Made by a program: the position numbers and the translations under genes | Notes under the pieces: generated by a model | What the model saw: only the letters and a program-made list of their open reading frames with translations | Database searches by the model: none | Told to the model about the DNA's origin: nothing | Assembly (NCBI GenBank): GCA_050015395.1 | Contig: JBEKBM010000016.1 | Coordinates: forward strand, 1 to 64,000 | DNA from: Candidatus Bathyarchaeia archaeon | GTDB taxonomy: Archaea; Thermoproteota; Bathyarchaeia; Bathyarchaeales; Bathycorpusculaceae | DNA length: 64,000 bases | Reading direction: 5' to 3' | In this document: piece after piece, positions 21,587-31,379 of the stretch | Layout of the letters: every line of letters begins with the position of its first letter | How positions within the stretch are numbered: position 1 is the first letter of the stretch

Positions 21587-22360
21587 TTAAGCCTCCAAAG
21601 CCTTGTAGAAAGGCGTGGTCCCTTCAATGTGATCAACCGTGATCATGTTTCTTCTCCGCATTGCAACAATATGCTTGAGAACATCGGTCGGCTTCAGTTC
21701 GGTGGCCGCTGCCAGAGCCTTGATCGGCAACGAGTTGTTCCTCGTTAAAACATGAATTTTGTGACGCAGGAATTCGGCTTCAACTGCCTCGTCGAGAAGG
21801 TCCTCAAATTCCTCTTGAAGGACTCTTTCACCATAGACATTGCTTTTTTCAGTTAACTCCCTTTCCTTGCCAACTAGAACCCTTAGCCTGAAACCTGCAG
21901 CAGCGTCTATTGCAGCCGCAAGATTCTCAATCATCTTCGGGTCTGGTTTAGTTCCAGATAAGGGAGATTGACCCAGCTTCCTTATTCGTTCCGTAAATTG
22001 CGTCACTACTTGGGCGAATCTTTGGCCTTCCGATGCTGAAACCCATTCGAGTTCTAACCTTTCTGAACCCAAACCGCTCAGCGCCAACAGTTTTTTGAGC
22101 AGTTTAATTTTTTTCTCTTCATAAAGATTTCCTTCCGAGTAGTGGCAGTCGCCGGGGTGGCATCCTAAGACAAGGACTCCGTCGGCGCCTCGGGCGAAAA
22201 CTTGTAGAGGGATCACCGGGTCTATTCGTCCGCTACACATGACTCTTACCACTCGAATGTTAGAGGGATACTGAATTCTGCTTACACCAGCTAGGTCCGC
22301 GCCTGCATAACTGCACCAGTTACAAAGAAAACCGATTATCTTGGGTTCGAATTCTACTAC
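21587..22360 (-). CDS. mvhD: MvhD-like protein with C-terminal helical/wHTH-like extension; conserved N-terminus has no ATG/GTG/TTG start (candidate GTA start)
   Basis: In frame upstream of the ORF-track start: [32 protein letters not shown], closed by an upstream TAG; GGGGGT SD-like site 6 nt before GTA. Confidence 0.8.
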   Translation of the reverse strand, partial: VVEFEPKIIGFLCNWCSYAGADLAGVSRIQYPSNIRVVRVMCSGRIDPVIPLQVFARGADGVLVLGCHPGDCHYSEGNLYEEKKIKLLKKLLALSGLGSERLELEWVSASEGQRFAQVVTQFTERIRKLGQSPLSGTKPDPKMIENLAAAIDAAAGFRLRVLVGKERELTEKSNVYGERVLQEEFEDLLDEAVEAEFLRHKIHVLTRNNSLPIKALAAATELKPTDVLKHIVAMRRRNMITVDHIEGTTPFYKALEA

Positions 22361-22361
22361 T

Positions 22362-24062
22362 TTAAGACCCCCCTATCGCAGACGTTGCTTCAGCGATAAT
22401 TTGAGCGTCGCTGAAGTGCCGCATGTCAATGGCTTTTTCAGGGCAACTTGCGGAACACACTCCACAGCCCTTGCATAAAACATCGTTTACCCTTGCAACT
22501 CCATGTTCATCCTTTCTTATGGCGCTGTACGGGCACAGCTTGACGCATGTGCCACATCCGGTGCATCTGGTCTCGTCAACACGAGCCGTTATTGCTTCGG
22601 TCCTAACCTTCCCTAGTGCCATAGGGATGCCTGCTCTCGATGCAGCAGCGTAGGCTTGAATGATGCTTTCGGGGACCGTTTTGGGTCCATGTGCGGTTCC
22701 ACATAAGAAAATGCCATCTGTCGCGAAATCGACTGGTCTGAGTTTAACGTGTGCTTCCAAGAAGAAGCCGTCTGCCCCTAACGGAACCTTCAGGAGCTTT
22801 GAAAGTTCGGTCGCTTCTTCCGATTTAACGAGCGGGGTAGATAACACTATGAGGTCGGGATCGAGCTCGAGTGTGTAGTTGACCGAGATGTCATGCACCT
22901 TAACTGAGAGTTTGCCGTTTGCGAGTGAACGCACCTCGGGTGGACTGGCATCGTCGTATCTTATGAATTGCACGAAGTTATGCCTAGCCTTCTCATATTG
23001 CTCTTCGAAGTCTTTGCCGTACGCTTGCATGTCTCTGTACAGTATTGAAACTTCCGAGTCTGGAAGCATTTCCTTGATTATCATGGCGTTTTTAAGTGCC
23101 ATGGTGCAACATATTCTGGAGCAGTAGTTTCGTCCACCCACTTTCCCTTCTCTCGCACCGACGCATTGAATCATAAGTATGTTCTTTGGCTTCCCAAGTT
23201 TTTCTTCTTTCATGAGTTTTTCAAGCTCAAGTTGGGTTATAACGTTCCTGTTTTCGCCGTAGCAGTACATTCCGTTGGGCTTAAAAACGTCGGCTCCTGT
23301 GGCAACCACTATCGTGCCAAACTTGAGCTTTTCTTCGGTCCCATTGTTGTTGAGGGTTACTTCGAAGTTTCCGATGAAACCATCGACACGCTTCACAGTA
23401 GAAGACGTATAGATTTTGATGTTTGGGTTTGAGCGCGCGGACTGGATGTACTTGCCAAGAACTTCTGAACTCAGCTTATCGCTGGGATACAGCCTGTATA
23501 GTTCGCATAGTTTCCCGCCGAGCTCTTTGTTTTTCTCTACCAGGCTCACATTAAAGCCTTGGTTGGCAAGGCTGATGGCCGCCGTCATTCCTGAAACTCC
23601 ACCACCGATGACGAGTGCTGAAGGTTGAACCTCAATCTCAGGTTCCGTCTGAGGTTCGAGCAGTGCAGCCTTGGCGATAGCCATCTTGACAGTCTCTTTG
23701 GCTTTCTCTGTGGCTTTTTCGGGCTCTCTGGCATGCACCCAGCTACATTGTTCACGAATGTTTGCCATGTGAAACAGGTACTTATTCAGGTTTGCTTCTT
23801 CGCATGCAGCCCTAAAAAGTGGCTCGTGTGTTCTGGGAGTACATGAAGCCACCACTACTCTGTCAAGGTCATATTTCCCGATGGCCTCTTTAATCTTGTA
23901 CAGTCCTTCAGATGAGCATGTGTAAAGATTGCCTTCGGCATAGGCAACATTAGGCTGAGTTCTTGCGTACTCTACGACTGCGGGCACGCTTACGACGCCG
24001 CCTATGTTGACACCACAGTGGCACACGAAGACGCCGATCCGCGGCTTATGTTTGTCGCTCAC
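22362..24062 (-). CDS. hdrA: HdrA-family protein matching the second module of the 1006-aa HdrA
   Basis: [41 protein letters not shown]-terminal 2x[4Fe-4S]. Confidence 0.88.
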   Translation of the reverse strand: MSDKHKPRIGVFVCHCGVNIGGVVSVPAVVEYARTQPNVAYAEGNLYTCSSEGLYKIKEAIGKYDLDRVVVASCTPRTHEPLFRAACEEANLNKYLFHMANIREQCSWVHAREPEKATEKAKETVKMAIAKAALLEPQTEPEIEVQPSALVIGGGVSGMTAAISLANQGFNVSLVEKNKELGGKLCELYRLYPSDKLSSEVLGKYIQSARSNPNIKIYTSSTVKRVDGFIGNFEVTLNNNGTEEKLKFGTIVVATGADVFKPNGMYCYGENRNVITQLELEKLMKEEKLGKPKNILMIQCVGAREGKVGGRNYCSRICCTMALKNAMIIKEMLPDSEVSILYRDMQAYGKDFEEQYEKARHNFVQFIRYDDASPPEVRSLANGKLSVKVHDISVNYTLELDPDLIVLSTPLVKSEEATELSKLLKVPLGADGFFLEAHVKLRPVDFATDGIFLCGTAHGPKTVPESIIQAYAAASRAGIPMALGKVRTEAITARVDETRCTGCGTCVKLCPYSAIRKDEHGVARVNDVLCKGCGVCSASCPEKAIDMRHFSDAQIIAEATSAIGGS

Positions 24063-25375
24063 TGTTTCCGCCCCTTTGCCGTCAACGCGATGGTCTCTGC
24101 CGCTCTGGCAGCCGCTCCGCTGGCTTGGGCCACGCTCTCAGGGATGTCTTTGGGACTTTGGCAGTATCCGCAAATGTAAATCCCCGCGGAAGTTGTGTCC
24201 ATGGGTGCCGTGAGCAGGTCCTTGGCTTTGAAGAAACTAGCCTCATCAAGTTCTATTCCCATTTCTTCAGCGAGCCTCTTGTTTTCTGTCTTCGGGATCA
24301 AAGCGGGGCATAGCACGACGAGGTCGGCATCAAGCTTTTTCATTTCGCTATTCTTTGTGTCCTCGTAGTGGATCTGCAAATTCTTTGTAGCCTGGTCTTC
24401 AGCTATACCGCCTGGATGCGCTTTGATGTATTTCACGCCGTATTCTTCTCTTGCCCTGTCGACAAATTCCTGGAAGCCTTTCCCCACAGCTCTCATGTCA
24501 ATATACATGATGTAAGTTTGAGTTTGCGGAGAGTGCTCTTTCACGAGAATTGCCTCTTTAGTGGCATAAACGCAGCATACTGAAGAACAGAAAGGGAATC
24601 TGCCGTGCAGGTTTCTTGAACCCACACACTGAACGAAAACGACGCTCCTAGGTTCTTTTCCGTCTGAGGGACGGACAAGATGCCCTCCAGTTGGGCCGGA
24701 TGCACATATTATCCTCTCGAACTCCATGGAGGTAAGCACATTTTGGAATCTGCCGTAGCCGTACTCGCCGATAGCCGAGGGATCAAAAATGTCAAAGCCT
24801 GTGGCCAAGATTATTGAAGCTACATTCAAGTCTATTTCTTCAGGTTTTTGATTGTAGTCAATAGCATTCGACGGGCAGACCTTCTGGCAGACACCGCAAA
24901 TTTTTCTCGAAAAGTAAAGACAATGTTCTGCATCTATTGTGGCGACGAGAGGAACCGCTTGCTTAAACGGCATATAAATAGCTTTCCTCTTTCCCAATCC
25001 CATGTCAAACTCGTTCGGAACCTTAACTGGACACTTCTCCATGCAAGTGCCGCATCCTGTGCATTTGGAGAATTCTACGTAGCGAGGCTTTCGAAGGATT
25101 TTCACAGTGAAATTTCCATCTTCACCTTCAACATGCTGGACTTCTGAGTATGTAAGTAGGCTGATGTTCGAGTGTCTGAGACACTCTATCATCTTTGGAG
25201 CAAGTATACAAATGGAACAGTCCAAAGTTGGAAAGGTTTTGTCAAGCTGTGCCATGCGTCCGCCTATGCTGGGAGTCTTTTCAATAAGATAGACTTTCGT
25301 GCCTCGATTCGCCAAGTCCAATGATGCCTGAATGCCCGCAATTCCACCTCCGACAACCAGAACTGACTTGGACAT
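24059..25375 (-). CDS. hdrA: HdrA-family protein matching the first module of the 1006-aa HdrA
   Basis: [56 protein letters not shown]. Confidence 0.88.
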   Translation of the reverse strand: MSKSVLVVGGGIAGIQASLDLANRGTKVYLIEKTPSIGGRMAQLDKTFPTLDCSICILAPKMIECLRHSNISLLTYSEVQHVEGEDGNFTVKILRKPRYVEFSKCTGCGTCMEKCPVKVPNEFDMGLGKRKAIYMPFKQAVPLVATIDAEHCLYFSRKICGVCQKVCPSNAIDYNQKPEEIDLNVASIILATGFDIFDPSAIGEYGYGRFQNVLTSMEFERIICASGPTGGHLVRPSDGKEPRSVVFVQCVGSRNLHGRFPFCSSVCCVYATKEAILVKEHSPQTQTYIMYIDMRAVGKGFQEFVDRAREEYGVKYIKAHPGGIAEDQATKNLQIHYEDTKNSEMKKLDADLVVLCPALIPKTENKRLAEEMGIELDEASFFKAKDLLTAPMDTTSAGIYICGYCQSPKDIPESVAQASGAAARAAETIALTAKGRKQ

Positions 25376-25560
25376 GAGTTAGGCCCACTTATCTGTGATG
25401 GGTAAACGCGTATATTGTCTAAGGCTAAATATCTTGTGGTTACTAACTTGTTTTTGGGATGTTAAGTGCCATCGACTAATTCCAAAGTTTCTTTCCGTAT
25501 ATGAAAATGGTGTGCGAAAAATTAATAAATCCAGCAGACAACACATAAAACGGTGTTCAA

Positions 25561-25800
25561 ATGCCAGTGGCATATGTGCTGGCGAAAATAGAAGCCGGCC
25601 AAGACAAGCAGGCGCTTGAGACAATAAGGGAAATGGTTGGAGTCACGTCGATCACTTTGACCTATGGCATATACGACCTGCACGTCGAAGTCAAGTTTGA
25701 CACAATGGAAGAACTTGACGAATTCATTTTCGACAAAATACGCAAAGTTAGCGGAATTAAAGAAACGGTGACCTTAGTGGTTCCATCCAAGGGGGTGTGA
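25561..25800 (+). CDS. Stand-alone Lrp/AsnC ligand-binding (RAM) domain protein
   Basis: AYVLAKIEAG...TYGIYDL..EV...IFDKIRKVSGIKETVTLVV; no HTH. Confidence 0.82.
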   Translation: MPVAYVLAKIEAGQDKQALETIREMVGVTSITLTYGIYDLHVEVKFDTMEELDEFIFDKIRKVSGIKETVTLVVPSKGV

Positions 25801-25801
25801 A

Positions 25802-26125
25802 ATGTCTATAATAAGCTGCCGGGAAATACACTTCAACCAATGTACCAGTCCAGGTCAAGTCGACGATTTAATCGACAACGTCAAGCAAATAATTGAAGAA
25901 ATGAAACTCCCCGCAACCTACAACGTGAAGGTTTTTAAAAACATATTTTCCTGCTGCGGCACAGGAGGCCTTGACTTAATCTTAGAAGTCGTCGGACCAG
26001 ACGAGGAAACACTGAAAGCTATCGACCTGAGAGCCACATCCAGAGTCCTCGAATTCTGCGAGAAACAAGGCTACGGCATGGGCTGCTATCACTCCCTCGG
26101 AAAATTTGAATCAATAGAAAAATAG
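25802..26125 (+). CDS. Hypothetical Cys-containing protein
   Basis: Starts 1 nt after the Lrp stop with a GGGGGTG SD; FSCCG motif. Confidence 0.6.
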   Translation: MSIISCREIHFNQCTSPGQVDDLIDNVKQIIEEMKLPATYNVKVFKNIFSCCGTGGLDLILEVVGPDEETLKAIDLRATSRVLEFCEKQGYGMGCYHSLGKFESIEK

Positions 26126-26201
26126 CACAGATCACTCTGAAGCCGCTTCTTCTTCAAACGCTTACCAAAGAATCTATTAACGAGAAGCGCGCCAGCCCGT
26201 T

Positions 26202-26593
26202 CAGACCATGTGAAAAATGAAATTGGAGTGGAATCAAGTTTGTTGTTTCTTTGCGTAAGACCGTTCACTTAGCGCTTTGTTATCGTTCTCTTACTCTTTT
26301 TCACGCCCTAACCGACGATATGAGTGCTCCCACACCAAGCATAGTGATAGCCCTTCTCATGTTGTAAGCCAGCATGGTGAATCCGACCTCTCCAGTAGTC
26401 TTCCTTAACCCTTTCAGCAACAGATAGCCCTGATTAAAAGCCCTTTTCACCGTGCCGAAAGGATGCTTCACTATACTTTTTCTGGCTTTGAGCTTCCACG
26501 GCTCAAGCCTCATCCTCAGCTTCATCTCCTCCACCACCTCCGCATGTTCCCACTGCTACATCGTCCCTCCTCTCTTATACCGCATACACTTCG
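26202..26593 (-). mobile_element. IS1182-family remnant (3' end of transposase plus right end)
   Basis: KCMRYKRGGTM*QWEHAEVVEEM...RKSIVKHPFGTVKR...LKGLRKTTGEVGFTMLAYNMRR with an internal stop; TTTTCACATGGTCTG end-like motif at 26202..26217 (minus). Confidence 0.72.
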
Positions 26594-26698
26594 TCAAAAA
26601 GAAACAGTAAAAGGAATTACAATGATTCCTGAGGGCAGAGAAATCTTTCTTTGCATAACCATTTAGATAAACCTGCAACTGGCGCCGGCATAATAAAT

Positions 26699-29365
26699 TT
26701 AGGACACGTCGAGGGACATTATTAAGGTATCATCGTCGACCTGTTCAGCCTTGAATCCTATCCCATTACACAGGTTCAGCATCTTGTAGTTGTTAGCCAT
26801 CACATAACCGTATATTTTCTCCAGATGCTTATCCTTCGCGATTTCGATAAGGGAACCCATGAACTTGAGGCCTAGCCCAAATCCTTGCCATTGATCACCA
26901 ATTAAAACAGCGTACTCACCGCTTTTTCCATCAGGGTCTATGATTAATCTTGCAACACCAATTATTCGCCTGCTATCTGGAAGCTCCGCTACTATAGCAA
27001 TTTCTCTATCATAATCCAAATTACAGTATCTGGTCAACATTTCATGAGAAAGCTCCTTTATAATTTCAAAAAATCGGAAACGCATTGTTTCAGCAGAAAG
27101 CGATTTGAAAAGCTCGTTGAATCGACCTTCATCTTCAGGTTTTATCGGCCGAAGCCGCACAAGGGTTTCATTTTTCATTTTCCAATCGGAGACATATTTA
27201 CTTGGGTAAGGAGCGATAACAAGGTGTTCATGAAAACCAATTTCCTGCGTTATACGTTTAATGTCTAGGATAATGCGTGCATCAACTGCAACAGCGCTAT
27301 TTTTATCCACAATTAAAGGGTTTATGTCAATCTCTTTGATTTCAGGAAAATCAGTTACAAGTTGAGAAAACTTTACCAAGATTTCCTCGATAAGCTTGAC
27401 ATTTAGGGGAAGTCCCAATAAAGCTGCATTCTTGTAGATAACCGTGTCCTCTATTAGCCTTCTTGCAAGCACCTGATTTAAAGGCGGGAAACCTATGCTT
27501 ACATCCTTGACTAATTCGGCATCAGTTCCACCCTTGCCAAAAATGATCACAGAGCCGAACTGAGGGTCTTTTTTAGAGCCGACAAGCAACTCGCAGCCTC
27601 TCTTGCGGACCATAGGCTGGATTGCTACACCTTGAAACTCGGCATTATCACCAAAGTTTTGTATCTTTTTAGTTAGTTCATCAAAGTACGCTTGAACTTC
27701 CAACGTGGAGCATACGTTCAAGATGACGCCTGCGATTTTGGATTTATGTGTAATCTGGGGAGACAAAGCTTTCATAACCACTGGGAACCCGATTTTGGAA
27801 GCTAAATCTTCAGCTTCACCAGGCGTATTTGCAAATAGGGTCTTGATAGTCGGGATTTGATAAGCCTCTAAAAACCGAAGAGACTCAGATAAACCAAGAA
27901 CATGCTGCCCTCGACAGTAGGCTTGCTCTAAAATAGACTTGAGAGCCGCTGAATTTGTTGGCTCTACGGAAAGTTGTTCAGGTGTTTGGTAAAGAAGCTC
28001 CAAGCCTTGAGTATACCGGTACATGTACATAAATGTTGAAACAGCTTGTTCGGGCGTTGGAAAAGTTGGAATGCCGTGTCTTTGTAGAAATCTTCGCGCT
28101 TTTCGGCATCTGGAATCTTCACCCATTAAACATGTGAGTATGGGTTTTTTTGTTTGCTTTGCTAATTCTGTCACTGTTTTTGCTATAGCGAAAGGGTCAG
28201 CCGCTGTTTGAGGTGCATAGATTAGTAGAAAACCATTGCTATTTTGATCTTTCAGGCAAAGTGCCATAACATCTTTGAACCTTGCCGGTGTAGCTTCCTC
28301 GAAAATATCGATAGGGTTTGCAGTAGTACAGTAGGGAGGCAGAACATTCTTTAAGGCTTGCATTGTTTCCTGACTTAGCTGCGATAGTTTTCCACCCTTA
28401 GCGATAAGTTGGTCTGTAGCCATTATACCGGGACCACCAGCGTTAGTAATGATTGCCAAGTCAGGTCCCGTAGGATTTTGCTGCATTGCCAATGCTTCTG
28501 CACAGTTAAATAAATCAAATATGGTTTCTACTCTGACTACTCCAGCACGCCTAAACGCCGAGTCATAAACAGCATCCTCTCCACCCAAAGAACCGCTGTG
28601 AGAAAGAGTCGGGATAATACTTTCCTGAAAGCGCCCAGCTTTGACAACTACTATAGGCTTGGTTCTGGCAAAGCCTCGTGCCGCGCTCATGAATTTCCTT
28701 GCGTTTTGTATCGACTCAACATATAAAACGATGCTTTTAGTTTGTGCATCGGCTCCAAAGTAATCTATTAAATCGCCAAAATCCACATCAAGCATTGACC
28801 CCGTGGACACCACAACGCTGAATCCAACTTGAGCTTCTGATGCCCAATCTAGTGCTGAAGCACACAAAGCAGCGCTTTGGGAGATAAAGGCGATTTTTCC
28901 AGAACTTGCTCTGTCATTTGCAAATGTAGCGTAAAGGTTTATTTTCGGTCTAATTACCCCGAAACTGTTGGGACCTATAATCCGCATACCATATTTCCTT
29001 TGGCAACGAAGGATTCGCTTTTCAATAAGAATGCCTTCTTCACCGACTTCTCTGAAACCGGCAGAACATATTATAATTCCAGAAACTCCAGCCTCACCGC
29101 ATTCTTCAACGATCTGTGGCACAGTATGTGCTGGTGTGGCAATTATGGCTAGATCGATTGTCCGAGGGATTTTACTAATGCTTGGATAAGCAGTTATTCC
29201 CTGAACCGTCTCCCTAAACGCGTTTACAGGGAAGACTGCACCGTTATAACCTACTCCTATTAGATTCCTTAAAATTTTTGCGCCTATGGAACCTTCCCTT
29301 TCACTGGCACCGATTATTGCTATCCGTTTAGGATCGAATATTTTGTTAAGTTTTTCGATGCCCAG
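26699..29365 (-). CDS. Bifunctional NDP-forming acyl-CoA ligase-like / GNAT protein acetyltransferase (Pat/PatZ family); candidate CTG start
   Basis: CoA-binding, ligase (GPNSFG, TNAGGPG), ATP-grasp (HKS..GV.L, DPQFG, EIDINPL) and C-terminal GNAT (RPIKPEDE, DYDREIA, WQGFGLG). Confidence 0.88.
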   Translation of the reverse strand: MGIEKLNKIFDPKRIAIIGASEREGSIGAKILRNLIGVGYNGAVFPVNAFRETVQGITAYPSISKIPRTIDLAIIATPAHTVPQIVEECGEAGVSGIIICSAGFREVGEEGILIEKRILRCQRKYGMRIIGPNSFGVIRPKINLYATFANDRASSGKIAFISQSAALCASALDWASEAQVGFSVVVSTGSMLDVDFGDLIDYFGADAQTKSIVLYVESIQNARKFMSAARGFARTKPIVVVKAGRFQESIIPTLSHSGSLGGEDAVYDSAFRRAGVVRVETIFDLFNCAEALAMQQNPTGPDLAIITNAGGPGIMATDQLIAKGGKLSQLSQETMQALKNVLPPYCTTANPIDIFEEATPARFKDVMALCLKDQNSNGFLLIYAPQTAADPFAIAKTVTELAKQTKKPILTCLMGEDSRCRKARRFLQRHGIPTFPTPEQAVSTFMYMYRYTQGLELLYQTPEQLSVEPTNSAALKSILEQAYCRGQHVLGLSESLRFLEAYQIPTIKTLFANTPGEAEDLASKIGFPVVMKALSPQITHKSKIAGVILNVCSTLEVQAYFDELTKKIQNFGDNAEFQGVAIQPMVRKRGCELLVGSKKDPQFGSVIIFGKGGTDAELVKDVSIGFPPLNQVLARRLIEDTVIYKNAALLGLPLNVKLIEEILVKFSQLVTDFPEIKEIDINPLIVDKNSAVAVDARIILDIKRITQEIGFHEHLVIAPYPSKYVSDWKMKNETLVRLRPIKPEDEGRFNELFKSLSAETMRFRFFEIIKELSHEMLTRYCNLDYDREIAIVAELPDSRRIIGVARLIIDPDGKSGEYAVLIGDQWQGFGLGLKFMGSLIEIAKDKHLEKIYGYVMANNYKMLNLCNGIGFKAEQVDDDTLIMSLDVS

Positions 29366-29398
29366 TTTTAACCACCACTTGAGAAAGCAGCTACCCAC

Positions 29399-29788
29399 TT
29401 GTATATGGCTACAAGTCGTTTTAAAACTTGTCAGTTTCCACCGAAATTTACAGACCTGTTAAGGAAGAGGAATATAAAAGATAAGGGAACTAAGGAGAAG
29501 GTTTACCAGATTTTTCCTGCGCTAAAAAAGAAGGAAAAGCGCTATCTCAAACGCTCAAGCGGCGGCGAACAGCAAATGCTTGTTATTTGCCGAAGTTTAA
29601 TGTCTAATCCTCAACTGTCAACTGTTAATTCTAGACGAGACTTCATTGGGTTGGCACCAATCATCGTGGAAAAAGTGTTAGATACTATACGCACAATTAA
29701 CGAGGAAAGCGCAACCGTCTTGCTGGTTGAGCAGAACGTTCACGATTCATTGAATGCGGCTGATATGGGCTATGCTATAGAGGAATGA
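29399..29788 (+). pseudogene. Degraded LivF-type ABC ATPase 3' fragment
   Basis: SGGEQQML, GLAPIIVE, VLLVEQNV retained; Walker A missing and Walker B disrupted. Confidence 0.7.
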
Positions 29789-29881
29789 AAAATCGTTTTA
29801 GAAGGAAAGAGTAGGTAACTTTTATCTAATAGTCCTATAAAAGAAGTGTATCTAGGCCTTTGAAAAGACGAGGAAACAAAA

Positions 29882-31201
29882 ATGGTAGAGGGCAAATACT
29901 GGAACGAAAAAATCGAAACCATGCCTGCTGAAGAACTAAAGGCATATCAACTTAAAAAATTAAGGGAACAGGTAAAACGTTGCTACGAGAACAGTGTTTT
30001 TTATAAGAAAAAATTTGACCGCGTAGGGTTGAAACCTGAAAACATAAGCTCACTAGATGACCTTCAGAAAATTCCTTTCACGGTAAAGAACGATTTACGC
30101 GATAACTACCCGTTTGGCATGGTTGCCGCTAAATCTGACGAAATAGTGGAGATTCATGCTTCAAGTGGTACAACTGGAAACCCAATAATCGGCGCTTATA
30201 CAAAGAATGACATGGATGTTTGGCAAGAATTAATGGCAAGATCCATCTATACGGCAGGTGGAAGACGCCAAGATGTTATACACATAGCTTATGGGTATGG
30301 TTTATTCACTGGCGGATTAGGTTTTCATTATGGTGCTCAAAAGGTTGGAGCCAAAATTGTTCCTGCAAGCGGCGGAATGACACAGCGCCAAATAAAGCTC
30401 ATGAAGGATCTGGGCGTCACAATTTTAGCCTGCACTCCAAGTTTCGCAGTTTACCTTGCTGAAACCATGGCTCAAGAAGGCGTTAACCCAAGAAAAGACC
30501 TCAAGCTTACAACTGGAATGTTTGGTGCTGAACCATGGTCAGATAAGCTTAGGGAAAGAATCGAGAAAGATCTGGGAATTGAAGCTTTTGATGTTTATGG
30601 GTTAACAGAACTTTGCGGTCCAGGCGTCGCCGTCGAATGCTCGGAACATAAGGGATTGCACGTTTGGGAAGACCACTTTATTGTGGAAACAATTGACCCT
30701 GACACAGGCGAGGTTTTGCCCGCTGGAGAAGAAGGCGAACTAGTCTTCACGACGCTTACTAAAACAGGCTTGCCAATGCTCAGGTACAGGACACGAGACA
30801 TCTCCAAAATTGAAACAGAAAAATGTGAATGCGGACGCACACACGCCAGAATGATGCGTGTTCATGGAAGATCAGATGACATGCTGATTGTACGTGGAGT
30901 AAACGTTTTCCCCTCACAAATAGAGTATGCAGTAATGTGCTTCTCAGAATTAGCCACCCAGTACCTGATAGTTCTTGACAGGCCCGGAGCTTTGGACACG
31001 TTTTTGGTTAAGGTTGAATTGTTGGAGCAGGCTGCTAAAAACCTGCAACTAGACAAAAATGCGTTAAAGAACAGTATTCAGCAGAGAATTCACATTGTTA
31101 CCGGGTTAACGGCTGATGTTGAAATCGTTAAGCCAGGCGAGCTTCCGAGAACAGAGGGAAAAGCAAAGAGAGTTTTGGACTTGCGCAATGGCAAAATGTA
31201 A
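29882..31201 (+). CDS. paaK: Phenylacetate-CoA ligase family
   Basis: HASSGTTG, YGLFTGGLG, GAEPWS, YGLTE..GPG, RYRTRD, GRSDDMLIVRGVNVFPSQIE. Confidence 0.9.
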   Translation: MVEGKYWNEKIETMPAEELKAYQLKKLREQVKRCYENSVFYKKKFDRVGLKPENISSLDDLQKIPFTVKNDLRDNYPFGMVAAKSDEIVEIHASSGTTGNPIIGAYTKNDMDVWQELMARSIYTAGGRRQDVIHIAYGYGLFTGGLGFHYGAQKVGAKIVPASGGMTQRQIKLMKDLGVTILACTPSFAVYLAETMAQEGVNPRKDLKLTTGMFGAEPWSDKLRERIEKDLGIEAFDVYGLTELCGPGVAVECSEHKGLHVWEDHFIVETIDPDTGEVLPAGEEGELVFTTLTKTGLPMLRYRTRDISKIETEKCECGRTHARMMRVHGRSDDMLIVRGVNVFPSQIEYAVMCFSELATQYLIVLDRPGALDTFLVKVELLEQAAKNLQLDKNALKNSIQQRIHIVTGLTADVEIVKPGELPRTEGKAKRVLDLRNGKM

Positions 31202-31228
31202 AGGACTAAACATATGACTTCCAATTGC

Positions 31229-31308
31229 CTTAGGTTTGTGTGTGTGCACAAGCCTACCCCCGGGTCTACTAGATGCTTCTAATATGCTTCAAATATGATT
31301 CAACATAG
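31229..31308 (+). repeat. Dispersed repeat, copy B (left part only)
   Basis: TTTGTGTGTG..AGCCTACC..GGTCTACTAGATGCTTCTAATATGCTTCAAATATGATTCAACATAG; 46 bp identical to copy A. Confidence 0.9.
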
Positions 31309-31342
31309 TTCAACATAGACTGAAACCGAATGGTTTATTTTT

Positions 31343-31378
31343 TACTACAGTGTCTGTAGTACTACAGGGTGTGTAGTA
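31343..31378. promoter_or_regulatory. Two overlapping TACTACA-N5-TGTAGTA palindromes between an AT-rich promoter-like tract and the ATPase start
   Basis: tactacagtgtctgtagtactacagggtgtgtagta read directly. Confidence 0.65.
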
Positions 31379-31379
31379 A

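Noticed and set aside
606-25292. Numerous 60-140 aa + strand ORFs antisense to the purine, hydrogenase and hdr genes
   Set aside because: Antisense shadows of well-supported genes with no motifs of their own
5700-25375. Selenocysteine/pyrrolysine recoding in Mvh, Hdr or Hox genes
   Set aside because: All metal-ligand positions are Cys codons in open frames; no in-frame TGA/TAG is needed
31261-31320. Short periodic repeats as a CRISPR array
   Set aside because: Units are ~11 bp, adjacent and have no unique spacers; no cas genes are present
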